A stretch of DNA of 64,000 bases from a virus. Location: positions 23,060 through 87,059 of IMG/VR virus record IMGVR_UViG_3300034524_000181; one strand, 5' to 3'. Position numbers and translations under genes: made by a program. Shown here piece by piece: positions 48,578-58,430 of this stretch; within the stretch, counting starts at the first letter, position 1, and the number at the start of each line of letters is the position of its first letter. The notes below the pieces were generated by a model, which was not told where the DNA came from, ran no database searches, and saw only the letters and a program-made list of their open reading frames with translations.

Positions 48578-50906
48578 AAACCCATTGTGGTCCATAAAGC
48601 GGGATTCGTTCTTTTTTCACGAGACCTGTCCAGCCTCCGATACTTGCCATAATCGCCGATATTTCATTACCATCCACCCTTCGCAGGTTGGCTCGATCCT
48701 TTCCAAAGCACTCACACCAAATTTCCATATTAGAAACCGATTTTCGTTTCCAAACACCAACCCTCTTGCTTTCACCAAACTCAGTTCCATTGATATAGGC
48801 TCGGCGTTCATATAAATCCATGGTGTCCCAATCTTCAGGTAAAAGCATGTCAAGGTACTCTCGTACTAAACCTTCACGCTCATCGGATTCCATGGCTTCC
48901 CGCTGTTCTTCTTTTGCAAGCTTCTCAAGACTGGCATCAAGGTACAATTTTTCTCCAGCTTTCACAAAGGTAAGAGTTTCAGCCCATATCTGCAGAATTT
49001 CATCCTGCTCTAACTGCCATGACTTTTTTGTACCATTTCCCGGAGTCTTTACCGGCCAGAAACGACGGTTTCCTGTGGTATCCCGCAAATAGCCTTTTTC
49101 AGCATTAGTGGTACCAAAAAAGACACATTGTCTTAAGTGAGGAGTAGCTCTCTTGCCAAAGCTGGCTCGATAAATATCATTCTGGCGAGATAGGAAGCTT
49201 CTAAGTGTTTCCACTTCAGCTTTTTTCAGTCCAGCCAGTTCTCCAATTTCTAAAATCCAGTAACCCTGTAACTTTTCTGCGGCGGTCTTATCCTTGGTAT
49301 CTGATAAGCTCAAACTATCAGAAAACCAGTCTCCACCTAACTTGGCTATAAGAGTGCTTTTTCCAACTCCCTGCGGCCCATTTAAAACCAACATGGAATC
49401 AAACTTGATACCTGGAGTCAGTACACGAGAAATAGCTGCACATAAAGTTTTTCTTGTCACAGCTCGAACATATGGGTTATCTGATGCACCTAGATAATCG
49501 ATTAGCAATGTATCTACTCTAGGTACCTTATCCCATTCAGGAAGAGCCTCAATAAATTCCCGAATCGGATGATAAGATCTATCGTCAGCGACCTTCGCTA
49601 CCGCTACATCATAGTTTCTTGCAGAAAAGGTTCCGTAGTGGGTGTCAATGTAGCTGATTAGCTGTGCATCATCTGCATCTCTCCAGAACTTCGATGGATG
49701 CGGCCAAGGAACATCACCTTTAATTTCGAGACTATCAGATAGCTGATTAAACACTATGCTTTTTAGGTTGGGATCATTTTCAAGTATCAAAATCAAATTT
49801 CTAAGCGTATTTTTAACCGTTCCTGTCTTATCAAGCTCCAGCTGCTTTTCCCAATCTTCATCAATAAACTCTTTTTCAGCCTGAGCCTTTCGTTCTTCAG
49901 CAAACTGCTCTTTTACCCGTTCATCCTCTAATGCCAAATCTGTCATGGCTCTAAATGAAGGTAGTTTACTTGGCGGTGCATTTTCTGTCACCTTTTCATC
50001 TAGTTCCCGAAATTTATGCACTCGGACCAAATCAAATGCGTTTAGCAGCATTCCACATGCTGGATCAGTAGCATGATGGCTATAAGCAAATTTACCATCA
50101 TAGATTACCAAACCCGCTGAAGAATCTGCTGGAATATAATCAAATCGTCCATTCATGGTACTAGGTTCATATACATCAGGTAGAAATTCTTCGATGGCTT
50201 CTTCAATGTTATAGGCTCTGCAAAATGCTCCTATAACCCCTTCTTTAATTAATGGATCTGCTTGTTTAGTTATTTTCCTTTGTACAACCTCAGATTGTCG
50301 ACTTGAGACTGGCCACATTGAAGTGTCCCGCCAGTCTACATATTTTGATAGATAGATATCTGGGTCCAATAGTTCACCGTCTTTCTCTTTAAATACAAAC
50401 TCTCCATCTGACGGTGTAGAAGGCCAATACATTAGTCTTGAAGGTTCATAAGTGGTGTCATCGAATAAATCAATCCCAATCTCCTTTGCAACCATCCGAC
50501 CAAGGGCTGGGTATTCATCCTCTGTTACTTCTCTTTTAAGTGGAATAATAAGTCTTAATCTTGGTGCATCTGGTGTATGTTTATGGGTAGAATAGATGCA
50601 GCATTTGAAATCATGTAACGCTTCAATTTGCTCCCAAACCTCTGGTTTGGCATAATCCATATCTAAAGTCAGAAGGGAACGGGAGAGGACATAACCATTT
50701 CTGCGTTTTCCTTCACGAAGGGCTCCTCCCACAAATCCTCCTACATCTTTTATTGAGTCCTGTTGAGCGCGACTCATTTTTCGGAACTCAGATACAGTTT
50801 CTGTTGTTCGTATGGTAGATTTAACTCGTGAGATAAAGTCCTCCCATGTGATATCTTTGTTCTTCCACTTTTTATCCATTCGGCTGTTACCGATTGCAAT
50901 TTTCAT
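48561..50906 (-). CDS. Virulence-associated E (VirE/VapE) primase-helicase
   Basis: LTLDMD, STHKH N-terminal primase motifs; GPQGVGKS Walker A; TGNRRFWPV. Confidence 0.9.
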   Translation of the reverse strand: MKIAIGNSRMDKKWKNKDITWEDFISRVKSTIRTTETVSEFRKMSRAQQDSIKDVGGFVGGALREGKRRNGYVLSRSLLTLDMDYAKPEVWEQIEALHDFKCCIYSTHKHTPDAPRLRLIIPLKREVTEDEYPALGRMVAKEIGIDLFDDTTYEPSRLMYWPSTPSDGEFVFKEKDGELLDPDIYLSKYVDWRDTSMWPVSSRQSEVVQRKITKQADPLIKEGVIGAFCRAYNIEEAIEEFLPDVYEPSTMNGRFDYIPADSSAGLVIYDGKFAYSHHATDPACGMLLNAFDLVRVHKFRELDEKVTENAPPSKLPSFRAMTDLALEDERVKEQFAEERKAQAEKEFIDEDWEKQLELDKTGTVKNTLRNLILILENDPNLKSIVFNQLSDSLEIKGDVPWPHPSKFWRDADDAQLISYIDTHYGTFSARNYDVAVAKVADDRSYHPIREFIEALPEWDKVPRVDTLLIDYLGASDNPYVRAVTRKTLCAAISRVLTPGIKFDSMLVLNGPQGVGKSTLIAKLGGDWFSDSLSLSDTKDKTAAEKLQGYWILEIGELAGLKKAEVETLRSFLSRQNDIYRASFGKRATPHLRQCVFFGTTNAEKGYLRDTTGNRRFWPVKTPGNGTKKSWQLEQDEILQIWAETLTFVKAGEKLYLDASLEKLAKEEQREAMESDEREGLVREYLDMLLPEDWDTMDLYERRAYINGTEFGESKRVGVWKRKSVSNMEIWCECFGKDRANLRRVDGNEISAIMASIGGWTGLVKKERIPLYGPQWVYVPKE

Positions 50907-51337
50907 AAACTGTCAACCTCCTGTAACTTCTCATTAAAATATCTGATCAACTGTTTACGTTTCTTTGCTTTTTCAATTTCCTGTGCCATCCCCTTTGAAA
51001 TGGTGTCACCAAATACCCATAGTTCATTACATTTAGCGAGTAAAACCATATTCATAAACATAGCTAGTTCCCGCTCCTGTGGAATGTCATCATCCATAAA
51101 CTGAGGAAATAGCAAGTGAGGAGCAAGAGGAATACAATTTCTCTCCAGTGCAAACCTACAGAAAGTTCGTGCCTTTTTTACATTTATATCAATATCCCCT
51201 GAATAAGGAGAACAAATATATACAAGAGGTTTAAAGGCAGAATTTCTTTCTGCCTTCTCCGCTTTAATAACATTAGTAATTGCAGCATAAGGAGTAGGAT
51301 CATAATAGCCCTCGGAATTAAATTTACTTGTGGTCAT
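50903..51337 (-). CDS. DUF4406/DUF7768-like phage protein
   Basis: YICSPYSGD, APHLLFPQF, CNELWVFG. Confidence 0.7.
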   Translation of the reverse strand: MTTSKFNSEGYYDPTPYAAITNVIKAEKAERNSAFKPLVYICSPYSGDIDINVKKARTFCRFALERNCIPLAPHLLFPQFMDDDIPQERELAMFMNMVLLAKCNELWVFGDTISKGMAQEIEKAKKRKQLIRYFNEKLQEVDSL

Positions 51338-51542
51338 AGCATTCTTCCTCTCTTACCTTTTTGCTACATTCACTGCAATAAATAGATGTGCTATATAAAT
51401 CTCCCTCACCATCTGCAAATACTTCTGAAAGGTCAACATTTACTTCACATTCACAACTTGGGCAAATGCAAAATACATTTTCATCATTTATTTCAACCAC
51501 TATTTCCATAGCATCGCTAATTTTTTCTTTAACATAAAACAT
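51324..51542 (-). CDS. Small Zn-finger hypothetical protein
   Basis: CPSC...CSEC. Confidence 0.6.
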   Translation of the reverse strand: MFYVKEKISDAMEIVVEINDENVFCICPSCECEVNVDLSEVFADGEGDLYSTSIYCSECSKKVREEECYDHK

Positions 51543-51557
51543 TGATTTTTCCCCCTT

Positions 51558-52226
51558 TTATATTTCCTTGTCCTTTAATTTTGTAACGTACCATTCAAGG
51601 TAACGCTTACGCTGCTCATAATCAGGTACAGCTACAAGCAAACCTACATCAACTTTTTGTAGGGTTTCAAGCATACTTATTTGCTCATCGCTCAGATATG
51701 GTCTAATGCTTTTCCCTTTTTCTATTCCGTTTACCAGTCTGAACTGCTTTGCTGACATTCCAATTACAATGCGGTTTAGCATATCACACTCATTACTGAA
51801 GTGATAAGGTTTAGGATTGTCATGCAGTAGCTTGATGTTTTCTGTCAGTAAAGGGAACTCCTTACGAGCCGAAACAAGAGTTTTAATGAACTGCTCCATT
51901 TTATTAAAGCGTTTGATGTATAATTCTTTGAACTTCATTGCTTTCTGCCCTGTATATCCCATGACCAACATAGTGAACCCATCACGGGTCATGGCATAGG
52001 CCTTTTGCTTTCTGTTCCAACCATCTGTATATGAGATTGGCTCAAAATTGAGCCGAGCAAATTCTTTACTCAATCCAGATTTGGGGTCAGTGATTTTGGC
52101 AATGTCACGAAGGACATTTTTATGTTCTTTTTCAAAACGCTCTGCCACATATAGGCTATCTACTCTTGCAGTATCCTTTCTGTCAGCGAAAATTCCATAT
52201 TTGTCCTTGGGTATCAATTCTTTCAT
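51558..52226 (-). CDS. Rha family phage regulatory protein
   Basis: DSLYVAERFEKEHKNVLRDI, MTRDGFTMLVMGYTG. Confidence 0.9.
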   Translation of the reverse strand: MKELIPKDKYGIFADRKDTARVDSLYVAERFEKEHKNVLRDIAKITDPKSGLSKEFARLNFEPISYTDGWNRKQKAYAMTRDGFTMLVMGYTGQKAMKFKELYIKRFNKMEQFIKTLVSARKEFPLLTENIKLLHDNPKPYHFSNECDMLNRIVIGMSAKQFRLVNGIEKGKSIRPYLSDEQISMLETLQKVDVGLLVAVPDYEQRKRYLEWYVTKLKDKEI

Positions 52227-52313
52227 AAGAGAACCTCCTGCTTATAGTTGTAGAGCAATAAAACATGCCCTCAGCTATAAGCAAAAAAAGAGAAGGCATC
52301 GAACCCCCTCAAC

Positions 52314-55175
52314 TTAATCTTTTTTATAAAAATTACATTCAAACCCATCTGCACGAAGCAAAAGTCCCTGAGCCCAAGGCGGTGTTTGTCCCATAAGAGC
52401 ACAAATATCTGGAACGGATGTTTCTATTGGAACCTCCAAAACTACCTCATCATGGACATGCATTACAATATCAAAACCATTTTCATTCAATCTTCTCATG
52501 GCATAGCAAAGAATATCTCTCGAAATAGCCTGGACGATATTCTCTACAAACTTAGGGCCATAACTTTCAATACGCTCCCATTTCTTTGTGCCGCCAACAC
52601 CCTCATAAGTCACTGCTTCACTGCCAAAGCTGTTAATACCTATTCTTGGCTTGACATAAGTAAGTTGTCTGCCAGAAGGAAGCCATATTAAAAGCATCCC
52701 GCTACGATACTCAAAACGGATACGGTGGGTTTCGGTTCTACACCTTTCTGTTACAGCTTCTTTGACAGCACGATCAACATCCCACCAAAGTCTAACAATA
52801 TTAGGATTTGCATTCCTCCAAGCATAGACTAGCGGTTTTAATTCTTCTTCGGTAAGACCCATGTCAAGTGCACCCATTGCTTTTAATGCACCTACTGACC
52901 CTCCATAGCCACAGTTATGAACTAACACATTTGAAACAGTAAATCTATGATTCTTACCTGCATTTAATATGTCATAAACTCTAACCTTGCTTGGATTAAT
53001 CTCCAGTTCTTTCTCTGTTCTATAACTGCCATTTCTGCTGATGCTATAATTTCTTCTCTTGTCATGCCATTGGATATCATCCTTGTAACAACACTTCTTG
53101 CATAGGGCCAATTTTCTTGTTTGAAATCTGGGATTACTGATATTCTTCTGTTGGCTTGATTTATACTTCTTGGAACAAAACGAATATTGCCCTTTTCGTA
53201 ATTTCCGTCGTTGTCTATCCTGTCCATCTCTAAATCTTGGCGTACATTTTCTACATTTTTCAATATCCATATCCCCGCACTGAGAACTGAGGGAAAATTG
53301 AATTTTATACCCCTTCCCCCATATAAATGGTAATTCCTTGCCTTTGGATTCTCGCAACGCTGCTTTGCGGCAGCAAGTCTTTTCTGTAGCCACAAAGGTA
53401 TCTTCCTTTGTTGAGAGCATCTCTGGCAGCCTTTTGATTTTCCAGATTTTAAGCTGTTTAAATTTTGCCACTGTATACTGTGACAACCTGTGCATTGTGT
53501 TAGGACATAGCAATGATTCATCTTTGCATTCCATCTTTTCTGTGCACTTATTATTTTCACCCAGCCGTATTGCTCTCCTACCATTTCCGGTTTGTATGAG
53601 ATGTGCTTTGCAGGTGGCAGCTTCTCCAAATTGTATTGGCCTCGATTTCCCTTTGACCCATACAAGATGGTCTTTTGTAGCTGTAAGTCCTCCATAAGTT
53701 ATAACCTCCTTTTCACCTTTTGAAATGACACCATCATGTTTTACCCAATCTTCACCATCCCACAATTTATGTTTTGTTGTAATATCTTGAATTGGAACAA
53801 GTCCTTTATCCGTTAACACAAGACTATTATGTGCTATACAAGCCAGTTCTGCCTGCTTACCTTTCTGCCTTAAATGTCCGTTAACGCCATTCTTCTCAAC
53901 AGGAACATTAAACATTTGCGATGCTGAAGCACAATAAATGTCTCCGCCATTTGCAAACACTTCATTTCTCCATGTCTCCCCAGCAAGCCAAGCAATTACT
54001 CTAGCTTCTATTGCACTAAAGTCAGCAACGATAAACTTATATCCTTTCTTTGGCACAAAAGCGGTTCGGATTAATTCAGACAAAACTCCCGGAATAGAGT
54101 CATACAATATTTCCAAGGCATCAAAATGGCCACCTCTAACCAATCGACGTGCCTGTTCCAGATCCGACAAATGGTTCTGAGGGAGATTTTGAACTTGTAT
54201 AAGCCTTCCTGCAAATCTACCGGTTCGATTAGCACCGTAGAATTGTAGTAGTCCCCGAGCTCTTCCGTCAGTGCATACAGCATTTTCCATAGCGGTGTAT
54301 TTCTTTACACTGGATTTAGCTAGTAACTGTCTCAGTTCCAGTACTTCACTCAGATGTTCTGGAGCTTCCTTTAATAGTGCCTTAACTGATGCCTTATCAA
54401 GACTGTCTGTTTCCAGACCATTTTCTGATAGCCAGGACTTCATTTGAACAACTGAATTAGGATTTTCAAGTTCAGTTAGTTCTTTTAGTCTGCTTGTAAG
54501 CTCTTCTCGGGTTTGCTCATCACATTGGATAGCTTGCCTTACCAATTCCAAATCCAACTGAATACCTCGATCATTGATTTGCTGGTCTAGAATATAGTTC
54601 TTCCACTCCTCTTCCGGCATAGGAAATTTTTGAAGCTTTGCCTGTATGGAAAGTTCAACTTCAACGTCTCGAAGGTTATATTCTTTGAAGCTATTCCACT
54701 TCTCTGGAGCATGTTCAGGTAAATTTCGTGTACGACCACCATTCGCCCCTGTTGGTTTGCATGGAACTGAAAAATATCGGATGAGCTCTTTACCTTCTGT
54801 CAGCTTTTTCTTATCTGCTCCTGTTACAATTGCTGCCCCTTCCAAAGATAGAGGAAGTCCAAGATACGCAGACCATACCATCGTACAACGCCAAGAATCA
54901 GGTTCTAGGTGAATACCAAAGTGTTTAGATAAGCAAATCCGTTCAAACTGCGCATTGAATGCCCATTTGGTAACATTATTATCTAAAATCGCTTGCTGTA
55001 TTTCTTTAGGTATTTTTTCGCCACAAGCGAAATCCACTACTTGTACCGGCCCAGCATCTACACTGTAACCGAAAAGTAAAATCTCAAAATCCGGTGCTTC
55101 AGCGTAACGATAGACCCCGCTTTTGGCGAGGTCTACGCTACTATATGTTTCTATATCTATGCTGAGGGTTCTCAT
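52314..55175 (-). CDS. Phage family A DNA polymerase containing an intein
   Basis: DIET, RTGRFAG, DFSAIEAR, KGKQAELA[intein]CGYGG, HVHDE. Confidence 0.93.
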   Translation of the reverse strand: MRTLSIDIETYSSVDLAKSGVYRYAEAPDFEILLFGYSVDAGPVQVVDFACGEKIPKEIQQAILDNNVTKWAFNAQFERICLSKHFGIHLEPDSWRCTMVWSAYLGLPLSLEGAAIVTGADKKKLTEGKELIRYFSVPCKPTGANGGRTRNLPEHAPEKWNSFKEYNLRDVEVELSIQAKLQKFPMPEEEWKNYILDQQINDRGIQLDLELVRQAIQCDEQTREELTSRLKELTELENPNSVVQMKSWLSENGLETDSLDKASVKALLKEAPEHLSEVLELRQLLAKSSVKKYTAMENAVCTDGRARGLLQFYGANRTGRFAGRLIQVQNLPQNHLSDLEQARRLVRGGHFDALEILYDSIPGVLSELIRTAFVPKKGYKFIVADFSAIEARVIAWLAGETWRNEVFANGGDIYCASASQMFNVPVEKNGVNGHLRQKGKQAELACIAHNSLVLTDKGLVPIQDITTKHKLWDGEDWVKHDGVISKGEKEVITYGGLTATKDHLVWVKGKSRPIQFGEAATCKAHLIQTGNGRRAIRLGENNKCTEKMECKDESLLCPNTMHRLSQYTVAKFKQLKIWKIKRLPEMLSTKEDTFVATEKTCCRKAALRESKGKELPFIWGKGYKIQFSLSSQCGDMDIEKCRKCTPRFRDGQDRQRRKLRKGQYSFCSKKYKSSQQKNISNPRFQTRKLALCKKCCYKDDIQWHDKRRNYSISRNGSYRTEKELEINPSKVRVYDILNAGKNHRFTVSNVLVHNCGYGGSVGALKAMGALDMGLTEEELKPLVYAWRNANPNIVRLWWDVDRAVKEAVTERCRTETHRIRFEYRSGMLLIWLPSGRQLTYVKPRIGINSFGSEAVTYEGVGGTKKWERIESYGPKFVENIVQAISRDILCYAMRRLNENGFDIVMHVHDEVVLEVPIETSVPDICALMGQTPPWAQGLLLRADGFECNFYKKD
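52914..53840 (-). mobile_element. Intein (309 aa) in the DNA polymerase O-helix/motif B region
   Basis: Starts CIAHNSLVLT, block B TKDH, block F/G VYDI...FTVSNVLVHN, +1 Cys; removal restores KQAELA-CGYGG (644-aa extein). Confidence 0.92.
52964..53695 (-). CDS. HNH-type homing endonuclease in an alternative frame inside the intein
   Basis: AAGGAGGT-8 nt-ATG; CTGC...CQRC, KQRCENP, YGGRGI, DRIDNDGNYEKGN motifs. Confidence 0.8.
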   Translation of the reverse strand: MEDLQLQKTILYGSKGNRGQYNLEKLPPAKHISYKPEMVGEQYGWVKIISAQKRWNAKMNHCYVLTQCTGCHSIQWQNLNSLKSGKSKGCQRCSQQRKIPLWLQKRLAAAKQRCENPKARNYHLYGGRGIKFNFPSVLSAGIWILKNVENVRQDLEMDRIDNDGNYEKGNIRFVPRSINQANRRISVIPDFKQENWPYARSVVTRMISNGMTREEIIASAEMAVIEQRKNWRLIQARLEFMTY

Positions 55176-55732
55176 GATAAAAAGTCATCATCCACGTCAG
55201 TGGCAAAGTCATCAGCTGCATTAGTTCTTCCACCCAAAGGCTCACCATCGCGGATTTTTTGAATATTTCCAAGACCACATGCTATACCCTTATTCCCATT
55301 GGAGTTAAAGGCATAAAAGTTGATACTTACTCTTGCATAAACACCGGAGTATACTTCTGAACGCTCAAGGATTGGATTGATATTTTTATCTACAATTTGT
55401 GGAGGGGTATTGCTATTGGCATTGATAAAATAGCTATTTGCATAAGCTTCATCATCTGGACGATCAATATCTCCGTCACGTAGAGGAAGCTTTAACGCCG
55501 CTTTATTTGGAATCTTACTACCGAATTTACCTTTACCTTCTTCTATTGCAGCATTCACCGCTTCATTGATAGCGCTTAAGGTTTTAGTATCACTCTTAGG
55601 AATAATCAGGCTCACACTGTATTTTTCAGCACCGCCATTGATTGATTTAGGTTCCCACACATTAGCATAAGAAAGTCTGACAACTCCTGTAACTACTTTT
55701 GTTGGATTTGTTCTTTTTGCTGTTTTTGACAT
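55172..55732 (-). CDS. DUF2815 phage ssDNA-binding protein
   Basis: RLSYANVWEP, KYSVSLII, LRDGD, YSGVY, GLGNIQK; acidic tail. Confidence 0.88.
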   Translation of the reverse strand: MSKTAKRTNPTKVVTGVVRLSYANVWEPKSINGGAEKYSVSLIIPKSDTKTLSAINEAVNAAIEEGKGKFGSKIPNKAALKLPLRDGDIDRPDDEAYANSYFINANSNTPPQIVDKNINPILERSEVYSGVYARVSINFYAFNSNGNKGIACGLGNIQKIRDGEPLGGRTNAADDFATDVDDDFLS

Positions 55733-55737
55733 AATTT

Positions 55738-56865
55738 TTATACCTCCATAAAATCATTTTTTGCTGATGATGTGTTCATTTCAGGACGCTTATCTGAAAC
55801 TGGAACTAGCGTCGGTTTGCCTGGTGGCTTCATAACTAGCTCACCAAGGATTTCATTAAATTTTGACTTGCCCATCAATTTTTCCATTTCGGTAATGGTA
55901 ATGAGACTTTGCTTGTATATATCTCGGTATCCTTCATTCTTTGCTGCTTCTGCGACTGCTTCTTCATCTTTATATTTACGGTTGGAGCGACCTTCGACTA
56001 CTTTAAACCCTGGCCACTTCTTTCCATGATTAACTGCTGCATCCGTCGCATAGGTTATAATCTCATTTGCCCAGTTAGTGAGATCACCGATAGAAGATAA
56101 AATGTCAGCAATCTCTTCATCAGATAAAAGTGGTGGTAGAGCAAACTCAAACGTAGCCAGTTTCATTTTTGCTTCTGCTCTTGCTCTACATTTCACAGCT
56201 GCTCTGCAAAATTGACACTATTCACCGGGACAGTAGTTGCCGTCACCATTGAAGGCTAATTCAGCTTTAGGTTTTAAAACTTCATCAACCCACTGATACA
56301 AGTTTTCTTTTGAGACTGTGGATGTACTGTCATTTTCTCGACGGGGTTGATAAATTGTCATTGAAACCATCTCGATATCATAAATGCCATCAAATAGATC
56401 CAGTGCACCAAGGGCATAAAGTTTCATTTGAGAATTGTCTTCTGCACTGACTAAGACACCCTGACCATACTTAAAATCAAAAATGTTAAGAGTTCCATCA
56501 GCTATAATTAAACAATCCCCGGTTCCAAATCCCTCAGGTACATACTTTGAAAAGTCAAGCCGCTGTTCTATCAAGATTAGGGGATCACTACAAATTTGCT
56601 TAGCTTGCTCAATCACTTCAAGTACAAACTCCACGTAACCATCGGTATAATTGTCCATCTCATCTGAGTCGTATGGAGAGACCGGCTTTTTTGATCTCAT
56701 CTTAAGTGCCTTTCGGAGTTTGTGTTCACTTAATGCATGAGCTGCTGTACCTTCAGCTGCAGCCTCACCACTGTTGTCATCAAACTCCTGTTCTAGCCTT
56801 GCCGATGGTGTACAGTTCATCCAGCGATGAGCCCCTGACGCGGAGAGAATTGCATGTTTACTCAT
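55738..56865 (-). pseudogene. DUF2800 (Cas4-like PD-(D/E)xK nuclease) with in-frame TAG at 56218-56220
   Basis: HAILSASG.HRW..C, FGTGDC, DFKYG, PGE*CQFCRA; same frame continues to the end. Confidence 0.85.
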
Positions 56866-57179
56866 TTCAACTCCTCCGCATCAGCAAGAATGGCAGCATA
56901 CTTACTTGGATCAATCTGACTAAGTTTTGATGCACCATACTTTTCTAGAAGACCTCTAACCTGAGCAGTAAATCCATCATGACTTTTCTCCGCGAGCACC
57001 GCTCTTACTTCTTCTAAGGTAATTTGCTTTTCTTCAGGCTGTTTTTCATGTTTTGGCTGCTCTGACTTTTTATCCTCCTTAGGCTCATTACTTCCAAGGG
57101 CATCAGCTACAGCCTGAACACTATCTGCCAGTGCTCGAAGATCTGACACTACATCAAGAAGGAGCTTAATCTTACTCAT
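56862..57179 (-). CDS. Conserved phage protein (often annotated rrp5-like)
   Basis: ITLEEVRAVLAEKS...LEKYGASKLS. Confidence 0.7.
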   Translation of the reverse strand: MSKIKLLLDVVSDLRALADSVQAVADALGSNEPKEDKKSEQPKHEKQPEEKQITLEEVRAVLAEKSHDGFTAQVRGLLEKYGASKLSQIDPSKYAAILADAEELK

Positions 57180-57381
57180 GTCCTACACCTCCTTCCTTTA
57201 TTTCCTTAATTTCTACCGTCTCAACTGAGTCACCTGGAGTAATTACTAACAAACTGACTTTCTTTCCAAATAGGAAATCAAGCATTCTAGTTCGGATAGT
57301 CTTACGACTACTTTGAATGACGGAGCTTTTTTCGCCATTTGGCGTTGCCACATTAATAGTGACTTTATGTTTTAGGCTCAT
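57172..57381 (-). CDS. Hypothetical phage protein
   Basis: 69-aa ORF with RBS inside the replication operon. Confidence 0.65.
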   Translation of the reverse strand: MSLKHKVTINVATPNGEKSSVIQSSRKTIRTRMLDFLFGKKVSLLVITPGDSVETVEIKEIKEGGVGHE

Positions 57382-57492
57382 ATTTCCTCTCCTTTCGGGG
57401 GCAATTTATCTCCCCTCACCGATAAGCGAAAAAGAGAGTTCTTTCGAACCCCCTTTCAGAAAAGATTTTTTAATAGATTCTTTAGAACCCAA

Positions 57493-57987
57493 TTAGGATA
57501 GAATTTTTCTAAGTCTTTCATGAAGCTTCTTAAGGCGGCCGCGAATGGCAGCTTCTGTCACACCTTCTTCTGCTGCAATGTCAGTGTTGGATCGTTTCTC
57601 AAGATATACTTTTTGGAAAAGTTCTTTCTGTTGTGGTAAAAGAGACTCCATTGCCTTTGTTAACTTATCCAACATATCTTGATAATCGGCTTCATATTCA
57701 GCTTGTATGATTAGCTGTTCTGGATTCACAGTATCATCTGCAAGATATTTATTGCGGTCATTGGCTGCTTCCTCTTCTCCGTCATAATAAGCATCCAGAT
57801 GTGTTTTCACTCGATAATCATAGCGACGCTGCTCGTCCACTTCGTCATCATCCATAATGTGCAAAAGCTCGATGTCCGCTTCGGTGACCCCATTCTCACC
57901 CGGGGTAATCACAATCTTTGTTCCTTCAGCTGTGTAATAAATGTAATTAGTTCTCTTCTTTTTGCTTGTTTTGTACGCTCTTTTCAT
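57493..57987 (-). CDS. Sigma-70 region 4-like (ECF-type) phage transcription factor
   Basis: LLPQQKEL...DIAAEEGVTEAAIRGRL HTH. Confidence 0.8.
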   Translation of the reverse strand: MKRAYKTSKKKRTNYIYYTAEGTKIVITPGENGVTEADIELLHIMDDDEVDEQRRYDYRVKTHLDAYYDGEEEAANDRNKYLADDTVNPEQLIIQAEYEADYQDMLDKLTKAMESLLPQQKELFQKVYLEKRSNTDIAAEEGVTEAAIRGRLKKLHERLRKILS

Positions 57988-58022
57988 AATTTGACTCCTT
58001 TGGTTTTCAAAATTTAGCTTTG

Positions 58023-58122
58023 AAATCCGCGGGAGCCGCTCATTATCCGTGAGACAAAAAAAGACGGCAGTGGAATACCTTTTCAGGTATTCCGCACTGC
58101 CGTCTAGCGGTCTCGCGGATTT
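58023..58122 (-). terminator. Strong terminator hairpin enclosed by an outer inverted repeat
   Basis: AGACGGCAGTG..GGAATACC/GGTATTCC..CACTGCCGTC + T7; outer AAATCCGCG...CGCGGATTT. Confidence 0.65.
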
Positions 58123-58151
58123 AATATTTACTTCATTAAAAAGCAGATAAG

Positions 58152-58298
58152 CTAATTTTTAAGATTTACTACTTCTGTAGTGCCATCTGCATTTCTTTTG
58201 ATTAATGTAATACAGTCTTTGATTTTGATTTCTACAGTACCAGTAGCTTCATCTACTCTACAAACAAGTTTTCCATCAAGGTTTCTCACTTCACTCAT
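58152..58298 (-). CDS. Small hypothetical protein (48 aa)
   Basis: MSEVRNLDGKLVCRVDE...; purine-rich upstream region; below the ORF-track cutoff. Confidence 0.5.
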   Translation of the reverse strand: MSEVRNLDGKLVCRVDEATGTVEIKIKDCITLIKRNADGTTEVVNLKN

Positions 58299-58401
58299 CT
58301 TCTTTTCATCCTTTCTCCTCTTTTGATAACAGGTATTTATGTGTATTTATGAGTATTTAATTTGATATAAGCAGTTTAAATTTCTATTACAGGTAAAGGA
58401 A

Positions 58402-58430
58402 TTGAATTATACTTATTTAAGTGATATAAT
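58402..58430 (+). promoter_or_regulatory. SigA promoter (extended -10) for the divergent defence operon
   Basis: TTGAAT-17-TATAAT with TG extension. Confidence 0.65.

Noticed and set aside
52964-53695. Intein HNH out of frame only because of sequencing frameshifts
   Set aside because: Both frames are fully open across ~730 nt, and the HNH ORF has its own SD, ATG and stop, overlapping intact intein blocks B and F. Not formally excluded without reads.
33540-56220. Amber (TAG) recoding to Trp, since two in-frame TAGs fall at expected Trp positions
   Set aside because: TAG is the normal stop of several prophage genes (e.g. 13637, 17656, 23885, 32297). TGA, TAA and frameshift lesions also occur, no suppressor tRNA was seen, and TGG>TAG is a simple transition.
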